Source of the DNA: Histomonas meleagridis 2922-C6/04-290x
Lineage: Eukaryota; Protista; Parabasalia
Direction: 5' to 3'
DNA length: 64,000 nt
Assembly: GCA_020184695.1 (NCBI GenBank)
Contig: JAANOX010000243.1
Coordinates: 248,001-312,000 of the forward strand
Shown here: positions 1 through 12,300 of the stretch, piece by piece
Layout: the number at the start of each line of letters is the position of its first letter
How positions within the stretch are numbered: position 1 is the stretch's first letter
Notes under the pieces: generated by a model
Database searches by the model: none
Told to the model about the DNA's origin: nothing
What the model saw: only the letters and a program-made list of their open reading frames with translations
Position numbers and translations under genes: made by a program

Positions 1-694
1 AAAAGTAAATATAATTGCAGCAGTAAGTTGAAGCTTTAATTGGGTGTATCATGAAAGAACACTTGATATTTATCTGTTTGGAGTTTAAATGATAATATTA
101 TTTCAAAGGTACCGTTCCACTTACCAGGAATAGTTGACGCATATCGAAAATTATCAGGCTTATTCTTACCAATCGTATTAATTTAGATCATGATCTAAAC
201 CAAGGTTTTGTTATTACCGTTTCGTCTCGAGCAATTGAGACAAATATGTTTTTTTTTCTTTCATCAATTTTATAATATTCACGGCTAATTGGAAATCTTT
301 TCTTTGTGATGCCATCATGACGAGATAATATATCACGTACAGATGAACCCACTTGAATAATTAAATCTTCAATACGTGTTTGTTTTTCAGGAGCTTCTAT
401 ACGTTAAAATATATATTCTTTCTTTATTATCAAACATTTGTTTTGAAGAACAACCGATGGCTGAATGATTCGTATTATAAATATTCAGAAACTTTATTAT
501 TTAATCTGGAGTAATAAACGTATATTTTTCATCATGTTTCATGAACTGCCGAAGCTGATGTTTACATTAACGGTAAACAATAAACATATCTATTAATTGT
601 GCCAATAAATACATGCCAATATCTAAAATTTTTATTTTTATACTTCATCGTATAAGTCATGAAACCAACAAATTGGTATAGATGTGAGTATTTT

Positions 695-2110
695 TGAATT
701 TGGCAAAAAGATTCCTGGAATAATTGATACAGTAAAAAGCGTAAAAATGATATAACAGATAAAATAGATAAGATAGTTGATGCAGTTCTTTAGCAGTCCA
801 GCCATACACCTCGGGAGACTCGAAGTTCGTATCTTCTAAATAAAATGATTTTTCAATTTTTCATTTTATTTCAAATGATTGAGACAGAAACAAAAATCGT
901 TTTGAAAGGAACAGAAGATAAAGTCTTGCCATAGGCTCGAACCTCACGAAAATCTAACAATAAAAACATCAGATGTCGATATAACAAAAAATACTGTTAA
1001 AGATCTTATAATAGCTAACGCCAAAAATCATGTTGAAAATGAATTCTCTTACGTCAAATACTTCAATAACAGCAAAAAAATCAAAAACTACAACGGTAAG
1101 TCGAAAATTAATTAAAAACAACAACGACGGTGAAGAGTATTATTTATAAGATGACCAATTATTAATGAAGCATATAATTGAATCGAATTCACGATTAGAT
1201 CAATTAACAGGTTAGCATAAAAAGCGTAAGAAGAAATACAGAAGTTCAAAGAATGATATTCTGAGGAAATTACAACAGTTGAGCAAACAAAGAATGAAAA
1301 ACAATCAAAAGAAATTATTACGGAACATCAAGAACCAAAACATCACGAACAAGTTTATAATGTGCCGGTCCAACGCGGATGGATAGCAAAAGTTCAATAC
1401 TTATGAATCAATATTTTTATTTCTAATTAAATGGCAAAAAAAGCAGTTAAAAGAATCATCGAAAATACAAAGAAATATGTCAAACGCGGATAAAGGCATC
1501 TATTTATTACTCAAGCTTCAACATTGAATTCTAACGCTTTGGTGAAAACAAATATTTATCCTCTACCGGTAAATTCCGATTCAGCTCGGTCACAACAAAT
1601 GATTGCAAATTTACTAAATCCATTTCTTTTTGTTGCAATATCACAAACACCACAAAACGTAAATCTTGACGCAATACATAATATGGAAAATTTAAACGAT
1701 GTTCGTCAACAAATCAATGATACGCGGAGATAAAAAACCAAGATGAATTAGCAAGAAAGAAAAATTTGAATGAACAAGAAAGAAATATGAAAAAAGCGAC
1801 AAAAGCTGCTGAAGCAAAGTATAATGAAGAAAAGCAAAAACGTGTAATGGCAGGAAGAGAGAGATTGAACGTCAGCATAAATTCGCGAACAAAGCTAATC
1901 AAGAAACTGAACGTTATGCAAGAAGTTCCAATAACGCTACCGTTCCATTACATTCAAATCTACCTTTTAAAGAATATTAAATTGGTTATTTACCAATATC
2001 ACGATATGGTTCAATAATTATTGACTCATTTTTGAGAGAATTCCCATACAAATGTGTCAGATAAAATTACGCTTTTTAAACTGTTTGAGATTTTTTGATT
2101 CAGCTTTGAG
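695..2110 (+). pseudogene. Degenerate, inverted second copy of the viral structural module (amphipathic protein fragment, 95-aa gene, basic coiled-coil gene)
   Basis: Matches the reverse complement of about 16.6-18.3 kb: FGKKIPGIIDTV/DKIDKIVDAV at 695-790, ATG at 875 and MAKKAVKR at 1431. A 100-nt stretch near 1740-1845 differs from 16910-17010 at about 4 positions. Many stops and frameshifts. Confidence 0.85.
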
Positions 2111-2651
2111 TAGTTCATTTGATGAACAGAAATCTAATCGTATCGATAACTTTTGATACGAAAAAAAAAATATGTAAATATTCATATCTCTATTTATAAT
2201 TGATTAGAGAATAAAAATAGATATAAAAAAATGAAATTATTATATGTTATAATTATATGAATAAAATATATAAAATCCATGAAAAAATTAGAATATCATG
2301 ACAGAATAATGATGTTATTGAAATTTTATCATAAAAAATATTTTCGGGCTAAATCGGTTCCGGCAGATTCAAAAAGTGAAATTTGATTCAAAAAAAAGAG
2401 TCATTTCTAAACGGTTATGAATGCCGTTTTCTATTTTGATGTAAAGAATAAAAAGCAAAGTTACAGCTCTTATTAATGAGTGTAATAAAATCAACAAAAC
2501 AACTCAACCATTCAACGGGTATATTAGTATAACAGAATTTGTATCAAATGTATTAAGATAACTTAAATCACTTTATACTGCAGCTCAAACAAGTTGCTGT
2601 AACAGAAGATATGTATTCAAATGTCCATTTCATGGAAGAAGATTAGGAGGT

Positions 2652-3194
2652 ATGATTAAAACCCATTGCTTTTCTTTCCTTGTATTTAGAATTACTTTCA
2701 TGAACAATGTTCAATATTTTACATTTGATCAGCTCAATTCAGAATTTCATGAACATCATTCAATTTCTGACGATTTTTACGAAGCACACAGAAATATGCC
2801 AACTGAAAATATCATCAGGGAGGTTTGTCAACAACAAAAATTAGGTGTTCCTTCTGGAATTAGCAAAACAAATTATATTATAATAAGCTCGAATAATTTT
2901 CATAATCTCAGAGAAGATATTATTCAACAAGTAAAATTTGTGAATCTTGATATGTTACTTCAAAAACTACAAAATATTCAGAATTTTCATCTTATATTAC
3001 ATAAAAATGCTAATAATGAATTTTATTTATCAACAGCAATTCATTCAAAAGTAATTAACACAAATTATTGGAAAGATGTAATCAATATCGATGATACACA
3101 ATGTACAAAAATTTATAATATTCCTCCAATTTCAATAGTTACGATTGATTCTGATGACCATTCTCAGATAGTTACATATGGTTTTTCATCATAA
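2652..3194 (+). CDS. Hypothetical protein (180 aa)
   Basis: Open frame with protein-like composition and no recognised motif. Start uncertain. Confidence 0.4.
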   Translation: MIKTHCFSFLVFRITFMNNVQYFTFDQLNSEFHEHHSISDDFYEAHRNMPTENIIREVCQQQKLGVPSGISKTNYIIISSNNFHNLREDIIQQVKFVNLDMLLQKLQNIQNFHLILHKNANNEFYLSTAIHSKVINTNYWKDVINIDDTQCTKIYNIPPISIVTIDSDDHSQIVTYGFSS

Positions 3195-3258
3195 AACAGA
3201 AAATTCGTTTGAATTATTTATTAAGGATATAAAACAATTCACACAAAAAACAATTCGT

Positions 3259-3624
3259 TTAATTGTTATGGATAGATATATGGCCCAATTCAATGCAGCA
3301 CATAATATTTTCCCTGAAGCAATTATTGGCTCCCACTAATGTAAATGACATATCTATATTCATGATAGATTTCAGATAAAATGGACAATTTATTTTGAAT
3401 GTAGATACTTCATAAGTACTTCCTCCATATCTACAGCGGTATATCTGATATTTTCGTGATTGACCTGGAGTTAACGCAGAGATTGGGAGGAAATGTTGGC
3501 GGCAGATGTCATGGATATATCTAGTCAAACTATTGCAAAAATCGAATACCTTGTTACAGAAAGCAAGAGCTTGAACAAGTGCACTTGTGGTGTTTGATGT
3601 AGCATGTGGTAGTTCTTTGATCAA
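3259..3624 (-). CDS. Hypothetical Cys-containing protein or fragment (121 aa)
   Basis: ORF track only, no family recognised. Confidence 0.3.
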   Translation of the reverse strand: MIKELPHATSNTTSALVQALAFCNKVFDFCNSLTRYIHDICRQHFLPISALTPGQSRKYQIYRCRYGGSTYEVSTFKINCPFYLKSIMNIDMSFTLVGANNCFRENIMCCIELGHISIHNN

Positions 3625-3714
3625 TTGTTAAAATTTTCAAACGTCAAAATATGCATTTTGACAAAAAAATGAATTGACTAAGTTTGTATAAAGGGGGAAA
3701 CCATTCCCCGAATA

Positions 3715-4741
3715 CCATCAGTGGATAAACTCGAAAAAGCGGTTATTTATAATTTTACGAAAATAAAATTTAAAAATTCAATTTTGAAGTGTTTTTCACT
3801 CTTCTGCTTATCTTCCTTTAAGCGAATTATAAACATCATCAGATGTTATTATTTTGCTCGCCAAATAAAGACCGTTTGGTTGTTTTCCCGTCCGGGAAAG
3901 CAGCAGAAAAATGATTATTGATTTGATTTTGAGTATTGCAAACCGGTCTTATCAAATTTTTAGGTGCTACCCTTGTAATGTCATCCCAGTTGATTCCCAT
4001 TTAATCCATATTAAAAATTGCATTTTTGGGGAATAAGAACGATATATCTTGTGTAAATATGTTATCAAAGTAAAATAAAATATTTGATGCACAAGATGCT
4101 TGTGCACGTGAAATATCCAATGAATCAGGCTTGACAAGCTATAATTCGTGTATTTTTAAAAATTTGTACGCCCAATCCACCTCGGGTTTAATTACTTCTA
4201 TATTAACTTCGTTTTTGCCTTTTTGTGATTTTATAAGATCAACAAATGCATTGGCAAACTTAATTTGTTCAACTCTGAATGTATATGCTTTGTTTTGTAT
4301 TTCTTCAACATTTGGTGCTTTGTTGTTGTCATTTCTCTTGATAATCCATTGTTTTAATTCTTCTTGATATCGTGGGTTCAAATAAAGTGTAGTTCCCGAC
4401 TGTTTTTTATGTTTATTTGAACCCAAATCCGCTATTGTATCTAAACCGAGTGCGTACGATATTAAGACACCATAAAAATAATTTGTGGAAACGAAGAACT
4501 CTTTGGCAATTGGTCGTATGACACCTGGATTTTCCTCGGCTGCAGTTACCATTTGATAGTATTCTGACTTGTGTGACCTTACAGCAGCGGATAATTTTAG
4601 TATTCTGCTATCTCTTGATGATAACATTAAAAAAAATGAAGTGAAAAACAGTTTTCCAAAGTTTTAAATGAAATTTAATAAATTTGAAAATGACCCTCCT
4701 GTTTCGAATTCATCTAGTGTTTCGAGTTTATCCACTGACGG
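3715..4741 (-). mobile_element. pogo/Tigger-like DNA transposon, internally deleted
   Basis: 21-bp TIRs CC(A/G)TCAGTGGATAAACTCGAA at 3715-3735 and 4721-4741 (20/21 match). TA on both flanks (3713-14, 4742-43). Contains a CENP-B/Tc5-type HTH ORF. Confidence 0.85.
3800..4627 (-). pseudogene. pogo-family transposase (HTH plus start of DDE_1 domain), truncated
   Basis: LYLNPRYQEELKQWI...EEIQNKA...WAYKFLKIHEL fits the CENP-B HTH. Past a stop the frame continues to NAIFNMD*MG, matching the pogo IFNMDETG motif. Confidence 0.75.
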
Positions 4742-5739
4742 TATATCAATCATTGAAGATAAATTAGTAGATATTATACATAAATTAGATGATGATTTCA
4801 TTAACAGAACATTCGGAGGAAGAGAAATTCAAGATATTAAATCGTCTATGAATGAAGAAGAAGAATTTAGAAATATTAAATCTAACTAGATTAAGAATAC
4901 ATTAGATTATGAAATTGCTATCAGAAGTGGTATTTTAAGTGAAAAATATAAAAAAAAGATCCAAAATTTATATAGAGAAGATCCTAGAAAATGTATTAAT
5001 TGGCATATATTCGTAAAAATCCTACACCAGAATGTTCTTTAACTTTAAATCAATTTGAAAAATTTCTTAATAATGTATGAAACTCTAAAATTGATTTTCA
5101 TTTACCTAATAACGATTCTATAAGGAATTTAGATAATTGTTTTGAAAAAGAAGATAAAGATTTATTCATTATCATGTTATTGAATAAAGATAGAATTACA
5201 GAAGTCATTAAATCTGAATCAAATTTAAGTACTCATTATATCGACGGTATTTATGTCTCATTTTGAGTATCAAATATTAATATTACATTTAAAATCATTA
5301 AATATATAGTTTCTTATATGATTTAGCTTAGTACACATTCAAAGAAATTATTAATTTCTCCACGACAACGAATTAATAGATTTCTATTCCCGAATGAAAA
5401 ATAAGGTTATGATGCAAAACGCCCTCCATTTTGCGGTTTTTGAACGATAGGAAATTTAAAAGGAAAAAAAATGGCAATAAAAATATTCGACTTTTGATAA
5501 GGAGATCAAAAGTCATTTCAAAAAGTGAATAATGGCAAAATATTTTATTGGGGGGGTCTGATACACTTCGAAATCAATTTTCTAATGAAAATATTTTAAA
5601 TTATTATTAGTTTACAAAGAAATTTCACCAATTATTGCTCTCCAGCATTTTTTAAATGTATTTCCTATATATCTTCGAAAGCATCATTCATGGATATATG
5701 ATTTGAGATAATTTTTATTTTTAAATCCATTTTTTATGA

Positions 5740-6485
5740 GGTATCCTTTTATTAGATTTCGTGTACCTTCTATTTTTTGAGTATTTGCCTCAGTAATTGG
5801 ATCTACAAAATTTTCTGAGTGATTTACTGTTTTGTGTACATAACCTAAATCACTAAGAGTATTATATGCCTACCATTCATCAGACCAAATTTCTGAATTA
5901 GGTCTAACTGTTGAACAAATAATTGGAATGAGAACTTCTTTCGATCTATTTTCGCAAATCTCAGCAACAACTCTCATTGTTTTACTGTCTATTTCGCCAA
6001 AAACCCAAATTGTTGTATTTAGCACCGAAAAAATGACTTTCATCAATTTCGACTATTCCATCACCAAGTAAATTCTGAGCTATATCTTTTCGATATTCTT
6101 TTTATGCAATAGATCGAAAAGTTTGAAACCATGTTATTACTGATCGTTCACATACACCTGTAATTTTAGATGTAGTTCTTATATCAAAACCTTCTACCCA
6201 ACATGCTAAAATGTGAACAAACCACCTTAATGAAAGTTTTGATTGTGATACCCATGAATCTAATCTGATTGATTTTGAATTTCTGCATTTACTTGAGCAG
6301 CATCTATATGCAGCACCATCAGGGTAACTTGGTGAGAAATAAACTTTCATTAACGATTGACATTTCGAACATATTTGAATTTGGTGGATATCAGGAATGA
6401 TTCCCTGCTCAGAGGCCCATTTGATAAAGCTTTTGTCATTTAATTTTAACACTTTCTTAATGGTTTCGAATTGCAATTGCATCAA
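5740..6485 (-). pseudogene. Merlin/ISXO2-like transposase, frameshifted
   Basis: N-terminal Zn ribbon (CSKC...YRCCSSKC), VEIDES near 6040-6055, WVFGEID, IWSDEW, GYVHKTVNHSENFVDP, TQKIEG. Confidence 0.9.
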
Positions 6486-6650
6486 TAAAAAAATGATCGA
6501 CTTTTTGACTACTTTACAAACAAAAAATATGAATAAATTTTTATCGATAACCGTTATAATAAATCTTATATATTTTATTTTATAACTTAAATATTATCGT
6601 TATGTCGAATATTTTGTCTGTCAAAATATATATATTAATATGTATCAAAT

Positions 6651-6729
6651 GCGAGCACCGAAGGTGCGAGCGGTTTCGATCGTTATCCATTGAAAAACTT
6701 CGTTTTTCGATGGATAACGATCGAAACCG
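6651..6729. other. Two adjacent GC-rich DNA hairpins inside the Merlin element
   Basis: GCACC-GAA-GGTGC at 6655-6667, and a 28-bp stem with TTC loop at 6671-6729 with one G-T mismatch. Confidence 0.9.
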
Positions 6730-7439
6730 GCCGCCAGGATGATGGATGGGGTGCCCTAATGTGGCATTTCTATTTTTCCTCAAATTTCCTATCGTTCAAA
6801 ACCGCAAAATGGAGGGCTTTTTGCATCAGAGCCATAAATAATATACAACATTATGAAAGCTCTATAGAATATTTGACAAATAAAATGAATAACATGGAAA
6901 ATTCATATGGAAAAGAACTTTCAAGTAATTCAAAAAATTTTAGACAACATTGGTTGCCATTGGATATGGCTTTAAAAGGCATTCCTATAACTTATTTGAA
7001 TACAGTAAGAGTTGAAGGTATTTTTTCAAAATTTAAATCAAATTACTTATTAAATAACATAATAAATTTAACAAAATCAATTAAAAAATTGAATGATTTT
7101 TTCAACCTATTATAAATTCGATCAATTTGTTCAAGAAAAAATGTAATAAATAATAAATTTGAAATCAGAATTGATAACAACAATTATAAAGTTGGACTAT
7201 CATATAAAAAAGTAATAACAGATGGATATTTAAAAAACAGAATATATCCTCAAAATTATAATGACATTTGTTGTTGGTGTATTTGCAGAATACATAATCC
7301 TGAATATGCAATACCATGTAGGCATATTCTAAATAATAATTAAATATAATCTGAAGAAGTACCATTAAGATATATTAGAGAAGAATTAGAAAAAATAAAA
7401 GGAAACTTAGAAATCATTCAAACAAATGTTAAAAGTAAT

Positions 7440-8555
7440 AATGATCATTAAAAAATCATACACATGAAATAATTAATAATGATTTAGCTATTAATGGTAG
7501 TCTTGTCGCAAATTCCATTAACGGATATTATATTTCAAACAGTATTGGAGGAGGTTCTAATTCAACAGTAAATATTCCATCAATCGCGACTATTAAATCA
7601 GATGGTGTAATGGAAGTTGGACAATATATTGACTTTCATGATAATAATGATTTAAATAGTGATTATTCTTGGAGAATAAGAACTGCCGGCAATGTTATGT
7701 ATTTCGGTAAACTTGATAATAATGATGGTGTTATTAGTTTCAATGGAATTGATGGTAATATAAATTGTATTTCTATTAATGATATACCTGTTAATAATTT
7801 TTCTTTAAATACACATACTCATAGTTATAATGATATTACTGATAAAACCATCAACATTTACTCCATCATCTCATACTCATCAACCTGCTGATATTGTTCC
7901 TTATCAAAATTCTGTATTAAAAACAGGAAGATTTTTTTTTTTTTTTTTTCATAATAATTCAACAGAAGCACCAGGTATTTATACTTGGAGAATAGCATCA
8001 TATGAAAATGAATTAGGATTTTGGCATATATCAGATGATACATACAGAAAATGCTATTATATCAAGTAGTGGTGGAGGTCAGATTAATAAAACTATTGTG
8101 CATAATGCGCCGATAGACGAAACATTAACATTAAATGATTTTTGATATTGGCTCTCCTGTATTTATAACAGGTAACGTATATAAATTAAATAATAATAAT
8201 TATACTTCAGTTACTGATTCTACTAATTGTATTCCTAGTGTTAAATCATCAGGAACTTATAAAGAATTTATCGGAATTTGTACAGCAAAACATAACTCTG
8301 GTGAAATTTTTCAAATAGGAGACACAATTAAACAAGACATATCGATTAATCAAGATACAATTGATTTTTGCAACTCACGGAGATTATTTTTTTAAAGTTA
8401 CTGATTCATCAAAATATAATATTGGCGATACAGTGCTTTATGATGAAACTATATTAGATGACGAAACACCATTAACGGCAAAAATAAATAATATGATTAT
8501 TGGAAAAGTCACCGCTATTATATCTGATTCTCTGTTAGCTGTATTTCGGCAATAA
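7440..8555 (+). pseudogene. Fibre-like protein with phage tail-fibre-type motifs, frameshifted
   Basis: Joined frames give NHTHEII...IATIKSDGVMEVGQYIDFH...HTHSYNDITDKPSTFTPSSHTHQPADI...DFATHGDY. Some breaks lie in T-runs (about 7935, 8385). Confidence 0.6.
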
Positions 8556-8811
8556 TATCGCGAATTCTTTTTAATGATTCATTCACATAAATTAACACTT
8601 CATTTATTTTTTTATGTTGTTCTGCAATAATATTTTTATTCTTTTTACTTCTTTTATTCTTCGGTTCGTTAATTTCTAAATATTGTTTACAAATTTCTAA
8701 TGGTGATTTTTCTATTAAATCATTTTCTACAATAAATATAGTCATTAAATGAATATATAATTCATTTAAATGAATTTTTGCAGTTTCTATTTCTTCGTCA
8801 ATATTTTTCAT
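8518..8811 (-). CDS. Small helical/coiled-coil element protein (97 aa)
   Basis: ATG-started ORF within the element. Confidence 0.5.
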   Translation of the reverse strand: MKNIDEEIETAKIHLNELYIHLMTIFIVENDLIEKSPLEICKQYLEINEPKNKRSKKNKNIIAEQHKKINEVLIYVNESLKRIRDIIAEIQLTENQI

Positions 8812-8893
8812 TTATTTTCTTTATATCAAAAAATCTTTCCATTTTATATAAAATAAAAAAATAAAAAAAATAAAAATTAACTTTAAAAAAATA

Positions 8894-9907
8894 ATGCTAA
8901 TTTATAAAAAATTTATTTTTTTAATTTCTATAAAAATGTTAATGAAAAATTCTTGTTCTGCTCTTGTTTCGGAAAATCAAACGTCTGCTTTATGCTTAAC
9001 TAAATTAAATAATATAAAGATTGAAAATAAAATTAATGATTCAGTAAATGATTATTCAAATACTATTAAAGAATATAAAAATAAAATCTTAAATCATCAA
9101 CTTCCCGTTGAAGTTAAATTAGAAAGAAATCAACAATATTTAGAACAAATTTTAGAATTTGCAAAATCAATTCCTGCTGTAAGTATTCCTGAATTAACAC
9201 TTGATGTTTCAGTCAAAAGTTTTCCAAAAAAAAAAAAAAAAAAAAGTGATTCAACAGAAATAAAAGCGTTAATTAGAAAAATTAACAGAAAAACTCAAAC
9301 CTTTTCTTGTAATCACTCAGCACTCGAACGTAAAGCATTAACATATAATGCTGATGCCTTAAAATTACGTAAAAGGTCTGAATTAAAGATAATTGATGAT
9401 TTTTATAAATTATTAGCTGAGTATTGCTGGCGAATTAAAAATAAAGATTTAAGAGGAAAGGAATTTAATGAGTTTAATATTGAAATGTATGATGTTGATA
9501 AAGTTATTGAAGCTTCAATGAATTTTTCGGCTGAAGTTTATAATTTCAACGCTAAGTATCATTCACTGAAATGTGATAAATGTGAAAAATTGATGAAAGA
9601 ATATGAATATTCATTAGAAGATATAGAAGATAGAAGAAAAGAAGCGGAAGAAAGATTACAAGATGAAATTAAAAGGATTCAAGAAGAAGTTGATGAAATA
9701 GAAGATAAAGAGAATATTAATGATTTTGTTAAAGAGTATTTTCCAAATAAAGAAAGAATTCCTGTTATGTCAATCGTTAAAATGTGGAAAGCAGTTAAAA
9801 AGCGTATGATTCGGAAAGATGAGATTAAAGGAATGCTTGAGGAAACAGGAAATTGGAAAATAACAAACGTTCATAATACACTTTATGCTACAAAAATAAA
9901 AGAATAA
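8894..9907 (+). CDS. Lys/Glu-rich coiled-coil element protein (up to 337 aa)
   Basis: Long ORF with a heptad-rich centre and a possible small C-terminal winged-helix-like region. Real start probably a later Met. Confidence 0.65.
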   Translation: MLIYKKFIFLISIKMLMKNSCSALVSENQTSALCLTKLNNIKIENKINDSVNDYSNTIKEYKNKILNHQLPVEVKLERNQQYLEQILEFAKSIPAVSIPELTLDVSVKSFPKKKKKKSDSTEIKALIRKINRKTQTFSCNHSALERKALTYNADALKLRKRSELKIIDDFYKLLAEYCWRIKNKDLRGKEFNEFNIEMYDVDKVIEASMNFSAEVYNFNAKYHSLKCDKCEKLMKEYEYSLEDIEDRRKEAEERLQDEIKRIQEEVDEIEDKENINDFVKEYFPNKERIPVMSIVKMWKAVKKRMIRKDEIKGMLEETGNWKITNVHNTLYATKIKE

Positions 9908-9981
9908 AGATTCGGGAACAAAGTTTAATGAAAAAAATTAAACTTAGTTTTAAAAAAAATTATTTTTTTATTTTTGATAAA

Positions 9982-12300
9982 ATGCCAAAAAGATTGAGCA
10001 AAAAAGAAGTTAGAAATTTATTTGAAAAATACGGTTACACTTTACCGAAAAATTTTGTTTATAGAAATACTTCAACTCCACTTGAAGTTTATGACGAACA
10101 ATATCAAAATCATATAAGATTAAGTGTTAATCAGTTAAGATATAGAATATCAAGAGGAAGAGCAGAATACATCCCAGAGGAAATTAATAATTTAATGAAT
10201 CTTCCTTTAAGTGATAATGAATCGAAAAATAAAGATTCATTTGAACGTTTTTAGTGAAAAGAAAGATGGATTTTTTTTTTTTTTTTCAGAAGATTTTAAA
10301 CGTGAAGTATTTAATTTAACAAATAAATTGACAAAAAATTTAATGAAACAAAAAGATTTTACGTTTGAAAACAAATCAAGTATTGATACATTTCTTTCTG
10401 CTTTGATGTATGCGATTGAAACATGCAGGACCTAAAATTAATAAAGATATTAAAATGACTTTAATTGATGAAGACGGAAGAGAACAATATTTGCATGCAA
10501 ACAAAAATACAGTTGAATTTTTACGTGCTGGATTAAATAATGAAAGAGTGATTGGTGATACGAACGATGTTGTGTTTGAACATATGTTATTTATTAAAAC
10601 CATTCATTTTGAATTTAAAGATTTCAAAAAAGGAAAGAGAATAAATCCAGGATTCTTTCCTTATATCAACACGTCAGATATTGATTTAAGAAAATTTGGA
10701 ATATTTACAGACGTTAATGATTCTAATATAAATGAATCATGTTTAATTCAAGCATTTATTGCTTCAGAAGTATTGAAAGAAGATGAGTTAGAATTACTGA
10801 AGAGTTTTATTCAAACGCGAACTGTTCCAAGAAGTGAGTTAAAAAGAATTTCTGACTTATTAAAAATCAAAATTGAAGTCAAAATATTTTATTCAGAAAC
10901 TAAAAATACATCAAGAAAGGTATTTGGCGAAAATTACAACAGAGAAATAAAACTAATAATTATTGAAGATCACTATATGCTAAATTCTAAAGTTAATGTA
11001 TCGGAATGTTATATAAAAGAATTATGATAAAATAAATGCTGATTCAAGATTTAAAAATCATAACAGAAAAATGATGTTATTAAAATTTGATGATAAAAGA
11101 TATTCGTTCTCTAAAAAATCTCTTGGCATAAGAAGCTTGGTTTATTTAATGATACAACATAAACTTTTAATTCCAATGAATCAACAAACAATAAATAAAC
11201 TTTCATGGAGTTATAGAAAATCAAACGAAAAAACATTTAATTCTTATAGAAAAATATTTGTTACTGATAAAAAACCTTTATCGATTTATTCTAAAAAAGT
11301 TAAGTCGCAGACAAGTCTGCTCCAGCAGACGCCTCAAACAAAAAGTTTCTTTGGATACATTCCAGAAGAAAATGAAATCCCGGAGAGATTAAAAGAACTT
11401 CAAGAAGTTATTGATTCGTTGAAATTAAGAAAAAGAATTAATGTATCAAGATATTATAAATTTTCTGAATTAATGCAAAAGATAATGTTTGAGTTCGGAT
11501 GTTTTGATAATGTATATTCATTTTCCGGAGAGATTGCAGATAAAATAAGATCTGATCTTCATTTTCCAAAAATTATTTGGAGTAAGATTTATTTAAAACA
11601 AAAACTTTATTATATTGATCAATGCGGTGCGTATATGTCAAGTGTTCAATCAATTCCTGCTGGATTACCTGATGCTAACGGAAAGTTTAAAGAAGAAAAC
11701 ACAAAGGTAAAAGAGTTAATAGAAAAATTATATGATGCAAGAATGAAAGCCAAATTATTGGGAAAAGATAAATTATCAACAACACTTAAATTTTTGATGA
11801 ATAGCTGCTGGGGATTTTCGATTCAAAAACCAAAAATTATAAAACATAAATTTGTAAATAACGTTAATAAGTATATTGATGAATTCGCACCTTATGTATT
11901 AAAATACACTTATAATGCAGATGGAATTTCAGGATTTGTTGATACAGTCAATCCGTTTGTTGAAAATTTCACTTATCCACAATTTGCGAAAAGTGTTTTA
12001 GATAATTTTAATAACAAAATGGGTTTGATAAATAATCTTGTGAAAGTCTATTACTCCAAAGTTGATTCTGCGTTAATATCAGAAGAAGATTTTATGTTAT
12101 TGAAAGATAAAGGATTTATTGGTAATGAACTCGGTAAGTTTAAGATTGAACATGTTTTCACCGAGATATATTTTAAATCTCCCGAAAATTTTATTGGTAA
12201 GTGTGTCGATGGAAGTTATTATTACCATTGCACACCGAAGATTAAAGAATACTGTGAAAATTCAAGTGATCCAATAAAGAAGTTAATGAGTATGAGCTAA
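9982..12300 (+). pseudogene. Divergent, compact family B DNA polymerase, split into 4 ORFs by frameshifts
   Basis: Motif A YYIDQCGAYMS, motif B KFLMNSCWG and motif C YYSKVDSALI in the correct order, with N-terminal NESCLIQAF and EDHYM. Several breaks are in homopolymers. Confidence 0.75.

Larger units (their letters stand above)
5405..6833 (-). mobile_element. Merlin (IS1595/ISXO2-like) DNA transposon
   Basis: About 53-bp TIRs starting GG and ending CC (GGTTATGATGCAAAACGCCCTCCATTTTGCGG... and ...CCGCAAAATGGAGGGCTTTTTGCATCAGAGCC). 8-bp TSD AAAAATAA/ATAAATAA (7/8). Confidence 0.9.
4743..7330 (+). pseudogene. Mutator (MULE) transposase relic with SWIM zinc finger, split by a Merlin element
   Basis: HYIDGIY near 5235-5255 (DGTY-like first Asp), HWLPL...NTVRVEGIFSKFK near 6945-7040 (catalytic Glu region), CICRIHNPEYAIPCRH at 7278-7325 (SWIM CxC...CxH). 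Many stops. Confidence 0.65.

Noticed and set aside
1-420. Minus-strand coding remnant (KPDNFRYASTIPGKWNGTFEII) as a minor capsid gene
   Set aside because: It is cut by the window edge and broken by stops, and I cannot support any family assignment.
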